Source: Hemiscyllium ocellatum
Lineage: Eukaryota
Direction of reading: 5' to 3'
NCBI RefSeq assembly: GCF_020745735.1
Contig: NW_026867900.1
Location: 1-64,000 of the forward strand
Length of the DNA: 64,000 nt
Of this stretch, positions 15,501-34,607 are shown piece by piece; the stretch's first letter is position 1, and each line of letters opens with the position of its first letter. The notes beneath the pieces were generated by a model that saw only the letters and a program-made list of their open reading frames with translations, did not search any database and was not told where the DNA came from. Position numbers and translations under genes: made by a program.

Positions 15501-18500
15501 ACACTGACCAATACAGCCACGTGACCCTCCCAACTCCTACACTCAACGCACTGACCGATACAGCCACAACGTGACCCTCCCAACTCCTACACTCAACACA
15601 CTGACCAATACAGCCACAACGTGACCCTCCCAACTCCTACACTCAACACACTGACCGATACAGCCACAACGTGACCCTCCCAACTCCTACACTCAACGCA
15701 CTGACCAATACAGCCACAAAGTGACCCTCCCAACTCCTACACTCAACGCACTGACCGATACAGCCACAACGTGACCCTCCCAACCCCTACACTCAACACA
15801 CTGACCAATACAACCACAACGTGACCCTCCCAACTCCTACACTCAACACACTGACCGATACAGCAACAACGTGACCCTCCCAACTCCTACACTCAACACA
15901 CTGACCAATACAGCCACAACGTGACCCTCCCAACTCCTACACTCAACGCACTGACCAATACAGCCACAACGTGACCCTCCCAACTCCTACACTCAACGCA
16001 CTGACCAATACAGCCACAACGTGACCCTCCCAACTCCGACACTCAACGCACTGACCAATACAGCCACAACGTGACCCTCCCAACTCCTACACTCAACGCA
16101 CTGACCAATACAGCCACAACGTGACCTCCCAACTCCTACACTCAACGCACTGACCAATACAGCCACAACGTGACCCTCCCAACTCTTACACTCAACACAC
16201 TGACCAATACAGCCACAACGTGACCTCCCAACTCCTACACTCAACGCACTGACCAATACAGCCACAACGTGACCCTCCCAACTCCTACACTCAACGCACT
16301 GACCAATACAGCCACAACGTGACCCTCCCAACTCCTACACTCAACGCACTGACCGATACAGACACAACGTGACCCTCCCAACTCCTACACTCAACACACT
16401 GACCAATACAGCCACAACGTGACCCTCCCAACTCCTACACTCAACACACTGACCGATACAGCCACAACATGACCCTCCCAACTCCTACACTCAACGCACT
16501 GACCAATACAGCCACAACGTGACCCTCCCAACTCCTACACTCAACGCACTGACCGATACAGACACAACGTGACCCTCCCAACTCCTACACTCAACGCACT
16601 GACCGATACAGCCACAACGTGACCCTCCCAACTCCTACACTCAACGCACTGACCGATACAGTCACAACGTGACCCTCCCAACTCCTACACTCAACGCACT
16701 GACCAATACAGCCACAACGTGACCCTCCCAACTCCTACACTCAACACACTGACCAATACAGCCACAACGTGACCCTCCCAACTCCTACACTCAACGCACT
16801 GACCGATACTGCCACATGACCCTCCCAACTCCTACACTCAACACACTGACCAATACAGCCACAACGTGACCCACCCAACTCCTACACTCAACGCACTGAC
16901 CAATACAGCCACAACGTGACCCTCCCAACTCCTACACTCAACGCACTGACCAATATAGCCACAACGTGACCCTCCCAACTCCTACACTCAACGCACTGAC
17001 CAATACAGCCACAAAGTGACCCTCCCAACTCCTACACTCAACGCACTGACCGATACAGCCACAACGTGACCCTCCCAACCCCTACACTCAACACACTGAC
17101 CAATACAACCACAACGTGACCCTCCCAACTCCTACACTCAACACACTGACCAATACAGCAACAACGTGACCCTCCCAACTCCTACACTCAACACACTGAC
17201 CAATACAGCCACAACGTGACCCTCCCAACTCCTACACTCAACACACTGACCGATACAGCCACAACGTGACCCTCCCAACTCCTACACTCCACGCACTGAC
17301 CAATACAGCCACAACGTGACCCTCCCAACTCTTACACTCAACACACTGACCAATACAGCCACAACGTGACCCTCCCAACTCCTACACTCAACGCACTGAC
17401 CGATACAGCCACAACGTGACCCTCCCAACCCCTGCACTCATCACACTGACCAATACAGCCACAACGTGACCCTCCCAACTCCTACACTCAACACACTGAC
17501 CGATACAGCCACAACGTGACCCTCCCAACCCCTACACTCAACACACTGACCAATACAGCCACAACGTGACCCTCCCAACTCCTACACTCAACACACTGAC
17601 CAATACAGCCACAACGTGACCCTCCAACTCCTACACTCAACGCACTGACCAATACAGCCACAACGTGACCCTCCCAACTCCTACACTCCACGCACTGACC
17701 AATACAGCCACAACGTGACCCTCCCAACTCTTACACTCAACACACTGACCAATACAGCCACAACGTGACCCTCCCAACTCCTACACTCAACGCACTGACC
17801 GATACAGCCACAACGTGACCCTCCCAACCCCTACACTCAACACACTGACCAATACAGCCACAACGTGACCCTCCCAACTCCTACACTCAACACACTGACC
17901 AATACAGCCACAACGTGACCCTCCCAACTCCTACACTCAACACACTGACCGATACAGCCACAACGTGACCCTCCCAACTCCTACACTCAACGCACTGACC
18001 GATACAGCCACAACGTGACCCTCCCAACTCCTACACTCAACACACTGACCGATACAGCCACAACGTGACCCTCCCAACTCCTACACTCAACACACTGACC
18101 AATACAGCCACAACGTGACCCTCCCAACTCCTACACTCAACGCACTGACCAATACAGCCACAACGTGACCCTCCCAACTCCTACACTCCACGCACTGACC
18201 AATACAGCCACAACGTGACCCTCCCAACTCTTACACTCAACACACTGACCAATACAGCCACGTGACCCTCCCAACTCCTACACTCAACGCACTGACCGAT
18301 ACAGCCACAACGTGACCCTCCCAACTCCTACACTCAACACACTGACCAATACAGCCACAACGTGACCCTCCCAACTCCTACACTCAACACACTGACCGAT
18401 ACAGCCACAACGTGACCCTCCCAACTCCTACACTCAACACACTGACCAATACAGCCACAACGTGACCCTCCCAACTCCTACACTCAAAGCACTGACCGAT

Positions 18501-19215
18501 ACTGCCACATGACCCTCCCAACTCCTACACTCAACACACTGACCAATACAGCCACAACGTGACCCACCCAACTCCTACACTCAACGCACTGACCAATACA
18601 GCCACAACGTGACCCTCCCAACTCCTACACTCAACGCACTGACCAATATAGCCACAAAGTGACCCTCCCAACTCCTACACTCAACGCACTGACCGATACA
18701 GCCACAACGTGACCCTCCCACCTCCTACACTCAACGCACTGACCAATACAGCCACAATGTGACCCTCCCTACTCTTACACTCAACGCACTGACCAATGCA
18801 GCCACAACGTGACCCTCCCAACTCCTACACTCAACGCACTGACCAATACAGCCACAACGTGACCTCCCAACTCCTCCATTCAACGCACTGACCAATACAG
18901 CCACAACGTGACCCTCCCAACTCCTACACTCAACGCACTGACCAATACAGCCACAACGTGACCTCCCAACTCCTACATTCAACGCACTGACCAATACAGC
19001 CACAATGTGACCTCCCAACTCCTACACTCAACACACTGACCAATACAGCCACAATGTGACCTCACAACTCCTGTACTCAACACACTGACCAATAATGGAA
19101 AGCATACCAAACGCCGCCTTCACTATCCTATCCACCTGTGACTCTACTTTCAAGGAGCTATGAACCTGCACTCCAAGGTCTCTTTGTTCAGCAACACTCC
19201 CCAGAACCTTACTAT
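3530..19215 (-). mobile_element. CR1-type LINE 3' fragment split by the 15 kb array (LINE sequence at ~3530-4010 and ~19075-19215)
   Basis: Both flanks are colinear with the unexpanded CR1 copy at 40585-41870 (e.g. CTGACCAATAATGGAAAGCATACCAAACGCCGCCTTCACTATCCTATCCACCTG at ~19085 versus ~41443). Confidence 0.85.
4007..19092. repeat. ~15 kb array of a 50-bp unit, family A (TACAGCCACAACGTGACCCTCCCAACTCCTACACTCAACRCACTGACCRA), ~300 copies, with higher-order structure
   Basis: Direct tandem periodicity of 50 bp; diagnostic variant units recur at offsets of ~992 and ~6273 bp. Confidence 0.98.
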
Positions 19216-20150
19216 TTGGCTTATAATTATCTGGATCTCTTAAGGAACAACGTTGGGCGTTCCCTGAACTAGGCCAAACAGGACATGAGGACTTGTTGAA
19301 ACTGCAGCTATATCCTCCCCCTGTCGCCCACAGTATCCTGGGATGGATCCCATCTGGCCCTGGAGACTTGTCTACCTTCCGTACATCACTAAGACACCCA
19401 ACATTTTGTCCTTCTGTTCATGAATCTGCCCTGGAATATTCACATGCCCTTCCCTCCCCTCGACATCCCTTGCTTTTGTGAATACCAATATATTCATTAA
19501 GGATCTCACTATGTTTCCTCTCGGTCCCCACTTAACCTCCCTCCTTTATCCGTGAGTGGGCCGACTCTTTCCTGACCTAGCCTTTTGCTCCGAACATAAG
19601 TATAATGTGCCTTGTAATTCTCCTGAAGAGCAGAAATTAGGCCAGTCAGCCCACTGAGTCTGCTCCACCAGGGCCCCCTTTCTCCTGCTTTCTCCCCGCA
19701 ACCCTTGATCCCCAAGAATCTCGGTATCTCCACCTTAAACATACTTAATGACCCAGCCTCCACAGCCTTCTGTGGCAGTGAATTCTATCGATTCCCCACT
19801 CTCTGGGTGAAGAGGTTAATCCTTATCTCCATTCCAATGTGTCTTCCCTTTACTCTAAGGCTGTGCCTTCGGATCCTAGTGTCTCCCACAATGCAAACAC
19901 CTTCCTCAAATCCCCTCTGTGTAGGCCGTTCAGTATTCCGTAACCCTACTAGCTAAGGACATTTCGTGGTCCTTTGAACCCTGTCTTGAGTTCCTTTGTA
20001 TTTTCTCTATATTCTTTCAGAATTTGGTCTGTTTTAATTGCCCAGACCTTAGTATTGCTTCCCTTAGTTTAAAAAAAAGCTGATAATTTCCTCAGTCATC
20101 CAAGGGTTCCAAGATGCTGTCCTTCATTTCCACTGGGACGTGCCAATCCC
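19215..20150 (-). mobile_element. Degenerate CR1/L2-like LINE fragments
   Basis: Minus-strand remnants (YTYVRSKRLGQERVGPLTDKGGRL; SLSMFKVEIPRFLGIKG) typical of CR1-group ORF2 and 3' end. Confidence 0.6.
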
Positions 20151-20339
20151 ATCGAGTGCTCTTCGAAAGACTCGGACGGCCGCTCCCGATACGTTCCAGG
20201 GTCGCAGAGACCTACACCACGGCCGTGCCGACCGGATGTCCTAAACTGATTGCGTCCCGTTTGCCAGCATTTGGCCGGTATTCCTCTGACCCCTTCCTAT
20301 TCATGTCGCCATCTTTCCTCGCCTAGGTGTATTTTATTT

Positions 20340-20615
20340 TTCATGCTGGAAAAAGTGAGATGCTGGAGATCAGAGCTGGAAAAGCGCAGCAGGTCAGGCA
20401 GCATCTCTTCAAGGAAGGCATGCTTCCAAGAGGATTCGCGGTAGGGTTAAAATCTTCGAGGAGAAAGTGAGGATCTTCAAGGAAGGCATCCTTGCAAGAG
20501 GATTCGCAGTAGGTTAAAATCTTCAAGGAGAAAGTCGAGGTCCTCACTTCCTTGAAGAAGCTCTCTTCCTCGATGCTGCCTGGCCTGCTGCGCTTTTCCA
20601 GCACCACATTTTCAG
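20340..20615. mobile_element. Rearranged Penelope-like pLTR fragment with inverted arms
   Basis: GCTGGAAAAGCGCAGCAGGTCAGGCAGCATC (20375) and its reverse complement (20572-20602); same family as 53275, 54324, 54700, 61840. Confidence 0.65.
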
Positions 20616-22135
20616 CACGGGCCATGCCGGCCAGCACTCGTCGCTCATCCCTGACCGGCCCAGGGGCCACCTTCAGGCGTAGACGGACGTCGCCACGGGT
20701 ATGGAGTCACTTGTCTTCGCACAAAACCAGCGACGGACGGCCATTTCCTTCCCTAACCGGTGAGGTTTTCCAACAACGGGCTCGCGGCCAAATTTGGGCT
20801 TTCGAAAGAGGTGGACGGGAGGGTCAAACTGCGCCATTGGTGGTGGCGGGATTTGAACCCGGGGCGGACGTTCCGCAGCCTCCAGATGGACAATCCCTGT
20901 CGAAAAACCACTCCGCCATCGCCTTGACCCCCGAGTTCGGTCGCTGCCACACAAGACGCCCCCACCCAATCGAAGACTTTCCACCTTTTCCGTCAACATC
21001 TCAAAATCCCACGAAGTTATGGTCACTATTGCCAAAATGGCCGCCCAACGGTCGCTTCGGATCACGTGACTGGCCCCCTTTCCCGCCAGGCACGCCTCGC
21101 GCTGCCCCCAGGCCCCGCTGGATTGTGGGGATGGGAGATACGTCGCTACGGGTAGGGGCGTGGTTTGACCGGCCGGTGGGCGGGGACGACGTCGAAAGGC
21201 CAGCCCTTCGTGGGCGGGGCGACCGCCGCGCGCGTGTGTTCGTGACGTCTCAAACGATTCTTCGTCCAGGGGCGTGGCTTTGAGCGGCGGTAGGCGGGGC
21301 CGACGGCGGGAGGGGCGCGGTGCGAGCGACGACGATGACGTCCGTCCCGTCCGTCACGCGGCACCGGGGAGGCGGGTCTTGAGCGGACAGGGGGCGGGGC
21401 CAATGACGTCGCAACGGCGGAGCCAGCAGAAGGTGGGCGGTGACAATGGAGCGTCACTGGAGGGGCGTGTCCAGAACGGAAAGGGCGTGATCAGACGTGA
21501 GGGGCGTGTCGCGGCGTCGGGGGGTGTGGTGGGTGGAGCCATGGGGACGTTGGAAGGGGCGTGGCTACGTGCGACATTGCGTCAGCGGTAGGCGGGGCCT
21601 CGGCCAACGCCACAGGATCGGAAACGACCGCTGCGGGATCCTCCTTCTCATAGGAGGAGGCCGCGAATACGTCAGAGGGAGGGGCGTGGCTTGGTCCGCG
21701 GAGGGGGGAGAGGGCGGGGCCGGCGACGGCAGGGGCGTGGCTTTAGCATTCCCGGATTGGAGGAGAAGCCGATGACGAGTTGGGGGGGGGCGGAGTTGTG
21801 GGGGCGTGGTCGTGTCGGCCTCGCTCACTGTGACGTACCCACTCCCTTCTCGCTGATTGGGTGGGCGGTGTCGGTGACGCTGGAGGTGGGCGGGGTGCCC
21901 TCCTGGCAGGGGCGTGTCCCGCCGACGTCTCCATCTCCGATTGGAGGAGACGGTGGTAGTGGGCGTGACGAGGAGGGTGGTGGGGGGGAGGAGGCGTGGC
22001 CGGAGGACTCGCCCCTTTGGCGTCCGCCTCGCCACTTCCGGTTTGCGGGAGCCTGCGGCCTGGGTGAGAAGGAGGTGGGGGACACCGAGAGAGAGACAGA
22101 GAGAGAGGGAGCGGGTCCCCGCCCTCCCCCCCCTG

Positions 22136-29838
<7,703 letters not shown>

Positions 29839-30432
29839 CCAAGGAAGGGGGGGGGGGGGGTGGGTGGGAATGCGTCTGGGAGGGTCGGGGGAGGGCTGAT
29901 GTGGGCTTCTCAACGTTCTGACTCCTCCCCCCCCCCCCCCCCCCCCCGTCGTCCTCTCCTGAGTTGGCTCTGGAAGAGATACATTTCGAATGACCACACT
30001 TTCCCCGAATCCCCACCGGATGACAATGCCTAGTGCCTGCACGTGAAGGGGCCCTCCAAGGCATGGGGTGTTTGTGTGTGTGTGTGTATATAATATACGT
30101 ATGTATATAAATATAAAAAACCTCATTGGGGCCAGGGGGGAGGCTAAACACCTGCTGTTTTACACTACCCAATGCTGCGGGCCACTCCTTATCCTGGCCC
30201 TCCAGTTAGCCGATTAATCCAAACACTACTTCATGTCCGTGGTGACCCAGAGCGACCGGGCTCCAGTTAATCCTTTATTTCGTCAAGTGACTCTGTCCTG
30301 GTTGAGGTGGTTCAGAGATAGGAATGTGTGCTCTGCCGGGTGGGTTGGGTTTCGGTGGGGGGAATCTCTCTACTGCATTACCGTAACCCCTACTCATTAT
30401 TTCCCCCATTTGCGGATTGGTGCCGCACAGTC

Positions 30433-31937
30433 TGATATACCCCACACCCCCTCACTGTAACACCCTGATATACCCCACACCCCTCACTGTAACACCCTGA
30501 TATACCCCACATCCCCTCACTGTAACACCCTGATATACCCATACCCCACACCCCTCACTGTAACACACTGATATACCCCACACCCCTCACTGTAACACTC
30601 TGATATACCCCACACCCCTCACTGTAATATCCTGATATACCCCACACCCCTCACTGTAACACACTGATATACCCCACACCCCCTCACTGTAACACTGATA
30701 TACCCCACACCCCTCACTGTAACACTGATATACCCCACACCCCCTCACTGTAACACACTGATATATCCCACACCCCTCACTGTAACATTCTGATATTCCC
30801 ATACCCCACACCCCCTCTCTGTAATATCCTGATATACCCCACACCCCTCACTGTAACACACTGATATACCCCACACCCCTCACTGTAACACACTGATATA
30901 CCCCATACCCCGCACTGTAACACGCTGATATATCCCACACCCCTCACTGTAACACCCTGATATACCCCACACCCCTCACTGTAACACACTGATACACCCC
31001 ACACCCCTCACTGTAACACACTGATACACCCCACACCCCTCACTGTAACACACTGATATACCCCACACCCCGCACTGTAACACCCTGATATACCCCATAC
31101 CCCCGAACTGTAACACCCTGATATACCCCACACCCCGCACTGTAACACACTGATATACCCCACACCCCTCACTGACACTCTGATATACCCCACACCCCCT
31201 CACTGTAACACACTGATATACCCCACACCCTGCACTGTAACACCCTGATATACCCCATACCCCCTCACTGTAACACCCTGATATACCCCACACCCCGCAC
31301 TGTAACACCTTGATATACCCCACACCCCCTCACTGTAACACTCTGATATACCCCACACCCCTCACTGTAACACCCTGATATACCCCACACCCCTCACTGT
31401 AACACACTGATATACCCCACACCCCTCACTGTCACACACTGATATACCCCACACCCCTCACTGTAACACACTGATATACCCCACACCCCCTCACTGTCAC
31501 ACACTGATATACCCCTCACTGTAACACCCTGATATACCCCACACCCATCACTGTAACACACTGATATACCCCACACCCCCTCACTGTAACACCCTGATAC
31601 ACCCCACACCCCTCACTGTAACACACTGATACACCCCACACCCCCTCACTGTAACACCCTGATATACCCCACACCCCCTCACTGTAACACCCTGATATAC
31701 CCCCCACCCCCTCACGGTAACACCCTGATATACCCCACACCCCTCACGGTAACACCCTGATATACCCCACACCCCCTCACTGTAACACCCTGATATACCC
31801 CACACCCCCTCACTGTAACACACTGATATACCCCACACCCCCTCACTGTAACACCCTGATACACCCCACACCCCCTCACTGTAACACCCTGATATACCCC
31901 ACACCCCCTCACTGTAACACCCTGATACACCCCACAC
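30433..31937. repeat. ~32 bp minisatellite (CACTGTAACACCCTGATATACCCCACACCCCT)n, ~1.5 kb, downstream of the RAB35-like stop
   Basis: Tandem units. Confidence 0.95.
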
Positions 31938-32384
31938 CTCAGGCTGAAATATTCCCTCCCTCTCATTGACAGTGCATGCTTGAGGGGACAGACGTATAGA
32001 CCCCCCATGCTCCCCTCAGGACACCCCTGCGTGAAGAGCTGCAGACACAGCTGCTGTGAGGCACACCGAGGTTGAATAGCTGCCAGTCCCCGGGGTCTCG
32101 TCCTACCCCCGAACAACCAGACAGGAGTTACCGATGAACTCATCCCATTCTGGGTCGGTTGGACTGATTCTCTCTGACTAACATCTTATTTTTTTAATTT
32201 TTCCAAACTGGAACGAGCTGTAATATTTGTAAAGGATCAATATTTGTTTCTCTTCGATTTTGAATCAATACAAAAAAAAAATCACTGGTGTGTGAAATTT
32301 ATAAACTTCCATTCAGAACTGAAATATTTTGTCCCTCATTGTATCGCGGCTCGCGAACTGTTTCTGCAGATGTCATTTTCCCCC

Positions 32385-32800
32385 ACCCCGGTCCCAGAGA
32401 GAGAGGGGGCACAGGACAGTGTATCTAACACACCCCGGTCCCAGAGAGAGAGAGAGAGAGTGGGGAAAGGACAGTGTATCTAACACACCCTGGTCCCAGA
32501 GAGAGAGGGGGGGGAAAGGACAGTGTATCTAACACACCCCGGTCCCAGAGAGAGAGAGAGAGAGAGAGGGGGGAAAGGACAGTGTATCTAACACACCCCG
32601 GTCCCAGAGAGAGAGAGAGGGGGGAAAGGACAGTGTATCTAACACACCCCGGTCCCAGAGAGAGAGAGAGGGGGGAAAGGACAGTGTATCTAACACACCC
32701 CGGTCCCAGAGAGAGAGAGGGGGGAAAGGACAGTGTATCTAACACACCCCGGTCCCAGAGAGAGAGAGGGGGGAAAGGACAGTGTATCTAACACACCCAG
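32385..32800. repeat. Minisatellite family D
   Basis: Same unit as 24236-24665. Confidence 0.95.
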
Positions 32801-33139
32801 AGAGAATGGGGAGAGGCAGAGAGAGGGAGAGATGGACTGATAGACTGTTGGTGGGGGAGAAAGGAGAAAAAGACAGGCTGGGCGGCGAGAGATAGGGCGG
32901 ACAAAGAGACAGACAGAGAGGGAGAGAAACATAGTGGAACCAGTGAATGGATTAATGTCGGTTTCCTTGCTGAACGTGGATGTTTGAGAGGTAGAGAGTG
33001 AGTGTGTGAGAGAGAGAGAGTGGGTGTGTGTGTGAGGCTAAAGTCCTCGAGGTGGGGCAGCAGGAACGTGCAGATTCTGGGAGGGGAAACCCCGAACAGA
33101 ACGACAACGACAGGCAGGAGAACCGTCCGAATGGCTGTG

Positions 33140-33145
33140 TTTATT
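33140..33145 (-). terminator. Polyadenylation signal AATAAA of HCFC1R1
   Basis: TTTATT on + strand, ~110 nt beyond the stop codon at 33257. Confidence 0.65.
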
Positions 33146-33256
33146 CCGAGGCTGCCTACCAATCTTCCTGACAAAACAAGGTGGGAAGGGAGGGCGAGAG
33201 TGCGGGGAGTGGGACAGACAGAGCTCCGTGCTCTCTCTGTGTGTGTCTCTCTCCCC

Positions 33257-34574
33257 TCACTGCTCCATCTCGTCGTCCCGCTGCTGAGGCAACGTCCTCT
33301 CCCCCTCCTTGTCGTCCTCCTCTGAACGTCGCGCCGATCGCCTCAGCGCCCACATGGTCTCTTGGAGGAGGGAGCTGGGAGGTGTCCACAACATGATCTC
33401 CATGCAGGGTCGCTTTCTGAGGGGTGGGGGGTGGGGGGGGAGGGTGAAATACAGGCAGGAACCGTCAGCGTCAAACATGTCTGCACTCCCGTTCCCCCCC
33501 CCACCCCCCCCACTATCAACATCCTGGGGGTTCCCATTGAGAGAGAATCTAACCATCGCCCCCTTGACGTTCAATGGTGTTACCGTCACTGAATCCCCCC
33601 CTCCCCCCCCCCCACTATCAACATCCTGGGGGTCCCCATTGAGAGAGAATCTAACCATCGCCCCCTTGACGTTCAATGGTGTTACCATCACTGAATCCCC
33701 CCTCCCCCCCCCAACTATCAACATCCTGGGGGTTCCCATTGAGAGAGAATCTAACCATCGCCCCCTTGACGTTCAATGGTGTTACCGTCACTGAATCCCC
33801 CCTCCCCCCCCCAACTATCAACATCCTGGGGGTTCCCATTGAGAGAGAATCTAACCATCGCCCCCTTGACGTTCAATGGTGTTACCGTCACTGAATCCCC
33901 CCCTGCCCCCCACTATCAACATCCTGGGGGTTCCCATTGAGAGAGAATCTAACCATCGCCCCCTTGACGTTCAATGGTGTTACCGTCACTGAATCCTCCC
34001 TCCCCCCACTATCAACATCCTGGGGGTTCCCATTGAGAGAGAATCTAACCATCGCCCCCCCTTGACGTTCAATGGCGTTACCGTCACTGAATCCCCCCCT
34101 CCCCCCCCCCACTATCAACATCCTGGGGGTTCCCATTGAGAGAGAATCTAACCATCGCCCCCCCTTGACGTTCAATGGTGTTACCGTCACTGAATCCCCC
34201 CCCTCCCCCCCCCCCCCGGCTATCAACATCCTGGGAGGGGAGTTAGATGGTCTTCCAGCAACATTTCAAGATGGCGGCTCCCCCCACCCTGTCAAAGGGG
34301 GTCGATGAGGGGCGGGGTGCGAGCGGCTGGGGCCTACCCACCTGCGAGTCTAAAAGGAAAGACGCCGGACTCACATGGATTCCAGAATGTTCCGGGGCAG
34401 GATCTCGTCCGGGGGGGTCTGTAACCTCCTCTGCAGCTCGGGGGACATGACGATGACGTGGCTGTCACTCATGTCAAACATCCCCTCAACGATCACGTCT
34501 CTCCCTTCACCCGCCTCGGAGTTCCAGCCCCCGCCTCCCTCCGGGTCAACTCTGAGGGGGTGGGAGAGAGGGAA

Positions 34575-34607
<33 letters not shown>

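Noticed and set aside
4007-19092. CRISPR-like array or repetitive protein gene
   Set aside because: No unique spacers, eukaryotic context, unit derives from CR1; the ORFs are short and interrupted by stops
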